Shown here piece after piece: positions 8,029 to 16,042 of a stretch of 31,392 nt of DNA. Origin of the DNA: Lachnospiraceae bacterium (GTDB lineage Bacteria; Bacillota; Clostridia; Lachnospirales; Lachnospiraceae). The stretch is from NCBI GenBank assembly GCA_050873485.1, contig JBNMIW010000001.1, forward strand, positions 1-31,392, read 5' to 3'. The notes beneath the pieces are model-generated. The model saw only the letters and a list, made by a program, of their open reading frames with translations. It was not told the origin of the DNA and ran no database searches. Both the position numbers and the translations under genes were made by a program. Position 1 is the first letter of the stretch; each line of letters begins with the position of its first letter.

Positions 8029-9321
8029 TCAAAAGTTCCAAAGGCCATATAATGGTATGTTTAGGATTCCCTTAGAGAATCCCAATTCGTCTAAGGAGAT
8101 GCGGATTGCCATATGGTTACGATATTTGGCATTGAATACTTTCATGCTCTGTGCCTTTCGTCGAATGCGCGACTGTACATCCACCGGAACCACCTCTCCG
8201 TCATCTTCAAACACAAAATCAACCCTTGCAGTCGCCCCCGAAATCCAGAAATACAGGTTATCAACCGTATGGTTCATCGTCAGTTCCGACAGTACCAGTT
8301 GTTCTAACAATGCTCCATTTACATCCTCCATTGGCTCCTTTGCCGCCTGCACCTGTTTGTAACTGACGCCGCACATCACACGAAGCAACCCATGATCTAA
8401 ATGATACAATTCAAAGGATTTGTCATCTACCTGCAAAGCAAGCGGTGCAATTCCTTCCTTTATCCGGTTAATTTTCCTTACCAGCCCTGTATCTACTAAC
8501 CAATTTACCGACTTCTCATATTCTCTTGCTCTCGCTTTCTCATCCACATACTGATACATGAATTTGCGATTATCCTTTTCCATCTGTGCCGGTATACTCT
8601 TCCATATGCGATCTACCTTTGCAGCATAGGCTTTGGGAACCTCTGTCTCTATATATTCCTGCGTCCGCATCAGAAGTGCTTTTAAGATTGCATCTACCCG
8701 GTTCAAGTCTTTGTTCTTCACATAATCAAGAACAACGATCGGCATTCCTCCGACAATATAAAAAATCTTCAGATATTCTGTAATCTGCTCAATAATATCT
8801 TCACCGACCGGCTCTAATTTCTGATTCTCTATATGTTTACACAGATCCTGCGCTTTATTTGCAGTAAGAAATTCTTCAAATGTCATTGGGTATAAAGTGA
8901 GCGGATACCACTCCTCCTTATACTCTGCCTCATGAACGATCGTTCCCACGGTTGACGAGATCATACACACCGGAAGCTCCGGTTTTTGATGTTTGATACT
9001 CATAATGGCTTCGACAGCTTTCGGGTATTTCTGTACTTCATCAAATACAAGCATTGTGTTTCCTTCCTCGTACCGCTGACTGCAAAATAATGATAATGCC
9101 GCTAACAATTTATCAGCCTTTACTCTGCTTCCCTGTTTGAACAACATCTGGGCATCTTCATCTTTTTCCAAGTTCACATATATAAGATGTTTAAAAAATC
9201 CCTGTCCAAAATCTATCATCGTCCAGGTCTTACCCACACCTTTTGCGCCTTTCAGAACAAGTACCTTATCCTGTGCCTTTTCATACCATTCCATCAGGTC
9301 ATTCATTATTATCCGGTACAT
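8029..9321 (-). CDS. AAA+ ATPase with DUF4143 C-terminal domain (COG1373-like), divergent
   Basis: Walker A GAKGVGKT, Walker B LVFDEVQ, LYPMTFEEFL, YIVGGMP, C-terminal VDFVF..PVDVQ. Start ATG 9321 after AGGAGG. Confidence 0.85.
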   Translation of the reverse strand: MYRIIMNDLMEWYEKAQDKVLVLKGAKGVGKTWTMIDFGQGFFKHLIYVNLEKDEDAQMLFKQGSRVKADKLLAALSLFCSQRYEEGNTMLVFDEVQKYPKAVEAIMSIKHQKPELPVCMISSTVGTIVHEAEYKEEWYPLTLYPMTFEEFLTANKAQDLCKHIENQKLEPVGEDIIEQITEYLKIFYIVGGMPIVVLDYVKNKDLNRVDAILKALLMRTQEYIETEVPKAYAAKVDRIWKSIPAQMEKDNRKFMYQYVDEKARAREYEKSVNWLVDTGLVRKINRIKEGIAPLALQVDDKSFELYHLDHGLLRVMCGVSYKQVQAAKEPMEDVNGALLEQLVLSELTMNHTVDNLYFWISGATARVDFVFEDDGEVVPVDVQSRIRRKAQSMKVFNAKYRNHMAIRISLDELGFSKGILNIPLYGLWNF

Positions 9322-9344
9322 ATTAAGCCCTCCTGTCATCCTTT

Positions 9345-10796
9345 CTATCTATTCATCCACGCTCTTTTCAAACGTGCAATTCCATCTACAATCTCTTCCT
9401 CTTTCAGCCTTGCAAAACCGATCAAAATCGTGGGAACTCTTTCTTCCTCCCGGATATAATAATCTGCAAGTGCATACACTTTTACCTGTTCCTGAGCAGC
9501 CTCTTTCACAAGCTGCCGTTCCACCTCTGCCGCATGTGCCGTCTTTTCACCAAATGCAAGAAGTAAATGCAATCCTGCACTCTCCCCTTCTATCTTTACG
9601 TCCAATCCTGCATTTTTCAACTCCTGCAAAATACATTCATGTTTCATACGATACACCTTTCTCATCCGGTTCAAATGCCGTTCAAAATGTCCCTGCAAAA
9701 AGAACCGGCTGATAACCCATTGATCAATCCGGGATACTGTCGAAAAATAGAACCCTGCTGTTTTGTGATAACGTTCCATCCATTCCTGCGGCAGCACCAT
9801 GTAACTTAATCGGATTGCAGGTGCAATTACTTTCGATAATGTACCAATATAAATCACTTTTCCAAAAGGATCCTGACTTTGCAATGCCGGAATCGGTTTG
9901 CCCGCATAGCGAAATTCACTGTCATAATCATCCTCAATGATGTATCGATCTTCTTTTGCAGCCGCCCAGGCTAACAATTGTCGTTTCCGGTTGGCCGACA
10001 TGACCGTTCCACGCGGAAATTGATGAGACGGTGTGACGTATGCCACATTGGCATCTGTCTTCCGCAATTCATCAATATTCATTCCCTGATCATCCACTGA
10101 TACCGGAACAATGTCGTATCCCATACTTTGAAAGATCGTGTATGCCTGCTTATACGTTGGATTCTCCATGGCAACCATATTATGTTCATCTATGATACGA
10201 CTGAGTAACAGCAGCATGTAATCACTCCCTGCACCGATTATGATCTGTGACACGTCACACTGCACACCTCTCGCCTGATGCAGATACGTCTGAACCGCCC
10301 GCCGCAGTTCAAGATCTCCCTGATGAGCCCCCGCTAAAAAAAGTTCCTTATTATCATCGATCAAGCATTCCTTTGTTAATTTCCGCCATTTACTGTATGG
10401 AAAATAATCCATGTCCACACCACTTAGGGAAAAGTCAACGATATATTCCGACTCCTGTCGCTGTAGATCTGTTTGCGTCTGGTGTCCCACCTTGTCAACC
10501 GGCACTTCCATCCGGTCTTTTCTCTCCTTATACAATCCGTCATCATATAAGTTCTCTAACGCACAGACATAATATCCTTTTTTGGGGATGGATTCCATAT
10601 ATCCTTCCGAGATAAGCTGACCATATGCCATATCGATCGTATTACGACTCACTTCCAGATAATTCGCCAGTCCTCTGCTCGAAGGCAGCTTGGTTCCGCA
10701 AGCGATTCCTCCATTCCGGATCTCTTCTCTGATGTATGTGTATATCTGCTCATAAATAGGCACTTTACTTGCCGTGTCGATCATTACTGTAATCAT
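9345..10796 (-). CDS. MocR/GabR-family (GntR) PLP-dependent transcriptional regulator
   Basis: N-terminal wHTH (PIYEQIY..KLPSSRGLA..VSRNT), aminotransferase-like domain with YIIEDDYDSEFRY and PLP lysine in GTLSK. Start could also be 10856. Confidence 0.93.
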   Translation of the reverse strand: MITVMIDTASKVPIYEQIYTYIREEIRNGGIACGTKLPSSRGLANYLEVSRNTIDMAYGQLISEGYMESIPKKGYYVCALENLYDDGLYKERKDRMEVPVDKVGHQTQTDLQRQESEYIVDFSLSGVDMDYFPYSKWRKLTKECLIDDNKELFLAGAHQGDLELRRAVQTYLHQARGVQCDVSQIIIGAGSDYMLLLLSRIIDEHNMVAMENPTYKQAYTIFQSMGYDIVPVSVDDQGMNIDELRKTDANVAYVTPSHQFPRGTVMSANRKRQLLAWAAAKEDRYIIEDDYDSEFRYAGKPIPALQSQDPFGKVIYIGTLSKVIAPAIRLSYMVLPQEWMERYHKTAGFYFSTVSRIDQWVISRFFLQGHFERHLNRMRKVYRMKHECILQELKNAGLDVKIEGESAGLHLLLAFGEKTAHAAEVERQLVKEAAQEQVKVYALADYYIREEERVPTILIGFARLKEEEIVDGIARLKRAWMNR

Positions 10797-10810
10797 CTTA
10801 TCTCTCTGCC

Positions 10811-10844
10811 AAAGAAAGAGGGGCACATACCACACCCCTCTTTC
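10811..10844 (-). terminator. Terminator-like hairpin between the Sel1-repeat gene and the MocR gene
   Basis: GAAAGAGGGGT-GTGGTATGT-GCCCCTCTTTC followed by only TTT on the minus strand. Confidence 0.55.
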
Positions 10845-10870
10845 ACTCCTTGTCATATCATTTATCTGTC

Positions 10871-13627
10871 TTATACGAATACCAGACCATCATCCTCATC
10901 ATCTTTGCTGATAGAAAGCATACTGTTGTCACTCGTTCCTGACATGAGAAGTGTAAGACCGATATGCTTGTTTGCCTTATCTCCTGTTGCCACATAAATC
11001 TCACCAGACTCAACCAATGTAAGTGCAATCTCCAATGCCTGTTCTTTGAATCGCATCAATTCCCGTCGATCGATCGAACTTAATTTGAATAAATACTGGT
11101 TCTTAGAACTGATCAGCAAAATGCTGTATTTATTATTACCCGCTTTTCGTGTCAACATACCGGAACCAACCATTCTTGAATTAGCAACCAATATCTCGGC
11201 ATTCTCCTCACCGGCATATTCCTTATAAATGAGATTAAATACTTTGTTATACTCTTCTTCAGAATCTACACGAACCGGCATCTCTGCTACCGCAAATTCC
11301 ACTGCGGAATCTGCAAAACGAATGGTTCCGCCTTCATCATTGATCACAGCCGTACAACTTCTTGGTACCTGTAAGCGGAAGAATTTATTCTGAATTACCT
11401 TGGAAGAACTATTCTCCACAGGGTTCAATAATTCTTTGAACTTCTCCTCAATTAAATGCATCGAGCTCAATGCATCGACATCTCCGGCCTTTACAACTTC
11501 TTTTAATCCTTCATACAGATTCCGGATAGAATCATCTAATACATCTACACTCTCTAACACCTTCTTAACTGCAGGAATGGAACCTTTTGCCGCAACATCA
11601 TAGTATAACTTCAAGCGTTCTTCCGGTGTTACTCCCTGAGATATCTTATGTTCAATAACCTGATACAGATATTCCTTGCTGAAATCCTGATATCCGGCCT
11701 CATATGCTTTGTAGAAATAATCCAGACTCTTGATTGGTCCATTATAGCCTTCTTCTTTTTCCTTGGCCTGACAGTATGCACCATATTCATAAGCTGCCTG
11801 AACACTGCCTAATTCAATCGCCTTCAAAAATGCCTGCTCAATCTCTTCGTCACTGGCAAGATAGAATACCTGCTCTTTCTTATTCATTGCCACCTTAAAC
11901 GCAGTATCTGCAATGCCTTCCTGAACTGCACGTTCCCATTTATCAATGGTTGCCTGCAATTCATCCGGCGCACCGAGACTCTCAATATCACGAATATATG
12001 GCTCTGCTTCAAAAATTCCATTCTCCAAAGCTTTTTTCAGATATTCTAATGCCTTCTCACCGTCACGCTTACCATCATCCGTCAATCCATAATAGTAAAA
12101 ACGTCCAAGATAAAACGGAACTCTCTTATGATTCAAACGATCTGCGTTCTCATACCATTTCTTCGCTTCTGTGTATTGCTTCAATTGCTGATCATAAATC
12201 GTACCGATCAGGAATGCGAGATCCGGATCCTTGTTTGACTCAAACAATTCCTTTGCATAACTGATCGTCTTAGAAATATCACGATACGGACTATCCTCAT
12301 CAAAATACAATTCGATCAACAGGTAACTTGCCTTTGTACTACCATGCTGTAAAGCGATCAACGCATTATTCATCGCTTTATCGTAGTCTTCCATATTATA
12401 GTAGTAAAGTGCTTCATTATAATACTGAATCTCTGTACGGTTTGCACTCTTATTACTCAACAATGTCGGAATGACAAATGCAAATGAGTTTGCCACCTCA
12501 AAAATAATCTCATTGTACTGTTCCATAATATCCATTGTGGAACATACAAAACGCAGACACGCCCACCGATTCTTCTGTTTGAATACAAATGATACAATAC
12601 CTTTATCTAAATCCTTATGATAAAAACGGGCAGAAATACCATTGGCATACTCTGTAATATACGGAGTAATATTCAGATCACAATCATATGCTTCATTCTG
12701 ATAATACAAAAAATCATCAATCTTACGCTCAGATTCCTTCGGAACCGTTGTGTATGTTACATAGATTGCAAAATCCGTATAGGTATGACTCGGTGCATAA
12801 TATTCTTCATCTGTCTCTACATCAATACTCTTTACCCAGTCTTTCGGTAACTTATGAATATATCCTTCCACCTGATCATGTACATATGTATATTGATACT
12901 GTAACTTTGTTGCATCGTTTGGCTTATAATGAAATTCTATTCCCTTTGCCTTTCTGCGTTCCGAAATCTGAGAATAGATCTTATCTTTTTCTTCAAACTC
13001 TATACTATCTGCATGGGTTGCATTATATTCAATCCGTTCTACTGCAGCCTTTGCCTTGTCGTCTCCCTTGTCAGCCAGTTTCTGATACCATGATTTGGCT
13101 TTCTCTATATCAGCCGGGATGATAAAATCACTCTTTTGTCCGTTTTCATCAATCCGGTTCAATCCTTTTTCATAAATATCTCCCAGACGCATAAATGCCT
13201 GATTGACATTGTAAGAAGCTGCTTTTTCCAAATAGCTGATGGCTTTCGAAAAATTCTGAACATCCAACATTAACAGACCCAGCTTATACAACAAATTGCC
13301 ATCTTCTACAAGTTTGATATATCTCTCATAATATTTGGCAGCCAGTTCCCGGTCTACCTTCGCCTTAATATTCTGGTACTTACCGGTCTCGTACACTTCA
13401 CCTAATATCTTAAGTGCCTCACAACCATACTGCTGATACTGTTCTTCCATCATGCCGATATCCGCAATCTGATTCAATGCTTTGATCGCTTCTTCCGAAA
13501 TACCATGCTCGATCAATTCTTTTGCTTTGTTGTACTGTTTCTCTACGTTATTCGTCTGCTCCACTTCCGGTGCAGCAGTCTTCCTCATAAAAGGAATCTT
13601 ATTCAGAAAATTAGTAAAACGCCCCAT
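10871..13627 (-). CDS. Large Sel1/TPR-repeat protein with two putative PsbP/DUF1795-like domains
   Basis: Sel1-type motifs (LGEVYETG, LGDIYEKG..KAKSWYQK.AD.G, LGRFYYYG..KALEYLKKA.ENG) and two beta-rich segments starting at GYIHKLPKDW and FFRLQVPRS. No signal peptide seen. ATG 13627 after AGGTGA; GTG 13636 possible. Confidence 0.85.
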   Translation of the reverse strand: MGRFTNFLNKIPFMRKTAAPEVEQTNNVEKQYNKAKELIEHGISEEAIKALNQIADIGMMEEQYQQYGCEALKILGEVYETGKYQNIKAKVDRELAAKYYERYIKLVEDGNLLYKLGLLMLDVQNFSKAISYLEKAASYNVNQAFMRLGDIYEKGLNRIDENGQKSDFIIPADIEKAKSWYQKLADKGDDKAKAAVERIEYNATHADSIEFEEKDKIYSQISERRKAKGIEFHYKPNDATKLQYQYTYVHDQVEGYIHKLPKDWVKSIDVETDEEYYAPSHTYTDFAIYVTYTTVPKESERKIDDFLYYQNEAYDCDLNITPYITEYANGISARFYHKDLDKGIVSFVFKQKNRWACLRFVCSTMDIMEQYNEIIFEVANSFAFVIPTLLSNKSANRTEIQYYNEALYYYNMEDYDKAMNNALIALQHGSTKASYLLIELYFDEDSPYRDISKTISYAKELFESNKDPDLAFLIGTIYDQQLKQYTEAKKWYENADRLNHKRVPFYLGRFYYYGLTDDGKRDGEKALEYLKKALENGIFEAEPYIRDIESLGAPDELQATIDKWERAVQEGIADTAFKVAMNKKEQVFYLASDEEIEQAFLKAIELGSVQAAYEYGAYCQAKEKEEGYNGPIKSLDYFYKAYEAGYQDFSKEYLYQVIEHKISQGVTPEERLKLYYDVAAKGSIPAVKKVLESVDVLDDSIRNLYEGLKEVVKAGDVDALSSMHLIEEKFKELLNPVENSSSKVIQNKFFRLQVPRSCTAVINDEGGTIRFADSAVEFAVAEMPVRVDSEEEYNKVFNLIYKEYAGEENAEILVANSRMVGSGMLTRKAGNNKYSILLISSKNQYLFKLSSIDRRELMRFKEQALEIALTLVESGEIYVATGDKANKHIGLTLLMSGTSDNSMLSISKDDEDDGLVFV

Positions 13628-13740
13628 TCTCTTCACCTACTTCTTCTATATTCTTAAATGGTTACCCCATCAAATACGGTCTGCACGGCAAATGAAACCG
13701 CAGCCACCCCATCGGCTTAGACCAAATTACAATTAGTTTT

Positions 13741-13769
13741 ATTTTATCATACTGTATATTAAAGGGCAA
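13741..13769 (-). promoter_or_regulatory. Candidate sigmaA promoter of the Sel1-repeat gene
   Basis: TTGCCC, 17 bp, TAAAAT with an extended -10 TG. Confidence 0.55.
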
Positions 13770-13799
13770 GCAAAGAAAGCCTACAATCTTTACAAAAAT

Positions 13800-13833
13800 A
13801 AGAACGTCAAAGACAATCTTCTTTGACGTTCTT
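13800..13833 (-). terminator. Intrinsic terminator after the FliD-like gene
   Basis: Perfect 14-bp stem AAGAACGTCAAAGA/TCTTTGACGTTCTT with a 6-nt loop, followed by ATTTTTG on the minus strand. Confidence 0.8.
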
Positions 13834-13867
13834 AACAAAATGTTTCTTCACCTATAAAATTATATTT

Positions 13868-14635
13868 TTACAGTAGCCGATCCAATATATTACCTGTGGA
13901 ATAATTACCCAGTGTTCCTGCTGCCGTGTAAGAATTCTGATTGCCAAATGAGTTATTCACACTCTGGTACGTCTTAGATGCAGCAGCCTGAATCTGACCA
14001 CCATAGGAATCCTTGCCATTGAACAAGCTCTGAACAGTAGACATATCTGCCTTTTTAAATGTCTCTTCATCAATACTCAAAGTGTTATCTGCACTAACCT
14101 TAATACCGATCTTACCAAGCAGTCCGCTATTAACGGCTGTGTTCTGTACCATATTCACTGCCTGACGAAGTACGGAATTATCTGTGCTGTTACCTGCCTT
14201 TTTGATATACTTATTATAAGACTCAACCAATCCATTGACCGCTTTGTAGATCTTATCTGTATCATACTCCTTGCCGGTTACTCCGGTTGTCTCATCCTTT
14301 GTCTCCACCTTGTTAAATACAGAATCTTTTCCTTGCTGCATCAATGCACCTGCTGCTTTATTCAGATCATCTGCATACGACTTAATATTGGTTTTCTGTT
14401 CTGTTGTGCCATTATCGGAAGCCAGATCCTGTGTAGCCTTTTTGGTATTACCATACTTTGCATAGTAAGCCTTGATCAATTTGCTATAAGAACCTCTTGT
14501 GATTGAAGAATACTCTGCAAGATCAATTCCTAACATGTTGCCACTCGTTGTATTGGTACTTGTACTGCTTCCAAACAAATAGGACACGCTATTCGTATTC
14601 ATGTTACCCCAGATACCATTCATCCCTGACATCAT
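13868..14635 (-). CDS. Orphan FliD-C-terminal-like protein, putative flagellar-secreted protein
   Basis: S/T/N/G-rich N-terminus; DTDKIYKAVNGLVESYN, LGKIGIKVSADNTLSIDEETFKKA and VQSLFNG resemble FliD C-terminal-domain motifs; RBS AAAGGAG; sigma28-type promoter upstream. Confidence 0.6.
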   Translation of the reverse strand: MMSGMNGIWGNMNTNSVSYLFGSSTSTNTTSGNMLGIDLAEYSSITRGSYSKLIKAYYAKYGNTKKATQDLASDNGTTEQKTNIKSYADDLNKAAGALMQQGKDSVFNKVETKDETTGVTGKEYDTDKIYKAVNGLVESYNKYIKKAGNSTDNSVLRQAVNMVQNTAVNSGLLGKIGIKVSADNTLSIDEETFKKADMSTVQSLFNGKDSYGGQIQAAASKTYQSVNNSFGNQNSYTAAGTLGNYSTGNILDRLL

Positions 14636-14694
14636 TACCACTCCTTTGAATTCAAACCGAACTTCCATGTTCGTTTCTTACTGTACTATCATTA

Positions 14695-14722
14695 CTATCG
14701 GCATATTAAAATAATTATATTA
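14695..14722 (-). promoter_or_regulatory. sigma28/sigmaD (FliA)-type promoter
   Basis: Minus strand TAAT-N16-GCCGATAG versus the sigmaD consensus TAAA-N15/16-GCCGATA(A/T). Confidence 0.65.
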
Positions 14723-14762
14723 TATATGTTATCCTATCACAGTATCGCTTAAAAGTACAGTA

Positions 14763-15020
14763 TCAGCCTGCATTTCTTAAATAGTCTGTAAGGTTATCCA
14801 CTGCCTCAGCTTCATCCGTACCCTCCGCAGAAACAATCACTTCCTCGTTCTGTGCAAGTCCAAGGCTCATCATTCCCATAATACTCTTCGCATTAATTCT
14901 GCGGTCACCTGACTGGATATACACCTTGCTGTCAAACTGGCTGGCCTTCTGCACCAATACCGCTACCGGTCTCGCCTCCGCATCTGCTACCAAATTCACC
15001 TTGATTGTCTTACTAACCAT
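14763..15020 (-). CDS. HPr-family protein lacking His15 (Crh-like)
   Basis: HPr pattern with EARP in place of HARP; Ser46 retained in NAKSIMG; 85 aa. Confidence 0.92.
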   Translation of the reverse strand: MVSKTIKVNLVADAEARPVAVLVQKASQFDSKVYIQSGDRRINAKSIMGMMSLGLAQNEEVIVSAEGTDEAEAVDNLTDYLRNAG

Positions 15021-15032
15021 TTTCTTTCCTCC

Positions 15033-16037
15033 TTAAATCTGGTTATCTTCTCGCAAAGCATTCGCTATGCTGCTTATTTTTCTAAGTCTATGATTCACAC
15101 CGGATTTTGATACCGGTGGATTCAACATTTGTCCCAATTCCGTCAAATTGGCGTCCGGTTCTTCTAACCGGATCTCTGCTAACGAACGCAGGGAATCATT
15201 CAGATATCGCAATCCCTTTGTACGTTCAATATATTCAATATCTTCTATCTGCCGCCTTGCCGCATTTACTGTTTTCTTGATATTCGCGGTCTCACAATTA
15301 ACCCGGCGGTTGATATCATTTCTCATATCCTTTAATATCCTGACATTCTCCATATCCATCAAACCGACATACGCTTCCATCACATTCAGGATATCTACGA
15401 TCATGGAACCTTCCTTCAGATAGACCACATAGTATTTTTTTCTCTTGACGATCTTCGCATCCAGGGAAAAACTTTTTATTACTTCCTGAACGGACTGTGC
15501 CATCTCCTTATTATGTACCACGATCTCAAAATGATATGCTTTCTGCGGATCGTTTACCGATCCCGCTGCCAGAAATATTCCCCGTACAAAAGCCTTCTTA
15601 CAACAATCCTTTTGTACTACCTGCTTGGGAAAATGACAATTCTGCAAAGAAACTCCGTGGGAAGACACATATACAATCTCGTCTTCGTCAATTCCGGAGA
15701 GTTCCTCATCATCTAACCAATCTTCTTCCATATAATCAACATAGTCGGAAAGCTTTACCATTTGCAAAACCTTTTCCACCATGGAGTCATCCTGTATCTC
15801 TATGCATTTCGGATGCCTGATATATTTTATTTTGTTATCAAACAACTGATCGATCAGCCGGCAGATCTTATCTCCGATCAGCGGATTCTCCGGTCGCATG
15901 ATCAACCGGACCTGTCCGTCCTCAAATACAACCTCACCGGTAGCGAGTAATAATGCAAGCAATTCGGCAATCTGACAATGTCGGCTATGACTGCTGTGCT
16001 TTGCAATCTCTTCTTTTACTTTAGTCGAAAATGACAT
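15033..16037 (-). CDS. whiA: DNA-binding protein WhiA
   Basis: AFVRGIFLAAGSVNDPQKAYHFEI, NRRVNCETAN, C-terminal HTH LTELG..SKSGVNHRLRK. Confidence 0.95.
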   Translation of the reverse strand: MSFSTKVKEEIAKHSSHSRHCQIAELLALLLATGEVVFEDGQVRLIMRPENPLIGDKICRLIDQLFDNKIKYIRHPKCIEIQDDSMVEKVLQMVKLSDYVDYMEEDWLDDEELSGIDEDEIVYVSSHGVSLQNCHFPKQVVQKDCCKKAFVRGIFLAAGSVNDPQKAYHFEIVVHNKEMAQSVQEVIKSFSLDAKIVKRKKYYVVYLKEGSMIVDILNVMEAYVGLMDMENVRILKDMRNDINRRVNCETANIKKTVNAARRQIEDIEYIERTKGLRYLNDSLRSLAEIRLEEPDANLTELGQMLNPPVSKSGVNHRLRKISSIANALREDNQI

Positions 16038-16042
16038 AACCT

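Noticed and set aside
9137-9712. 191-aa plus-strand ORF
   Set aside because: Antisense to the ATPase and MocR genes; no RBS or domain signal.
13655-13800. c-di-GMP or ZTP riboswitch in the Sel1 gene leader
   Set aside because: The core motifs of these classes are not present in the right order; kept only as an unassigned structured leader.
14658-14673. CGAAC-N6-GTTCG as a LexA (Cheo) box
   Set aside because: The spacer is 6 bp rather than 4; better explained as an RNA hairpin with GGA in its loop.
14739-14764. 8-bp direct repeat ACAGTATC (14739-14746, 14757-14764)
   Set aside because: Short, one copy overlaps the HPr stop codon, and there is no supporting context.
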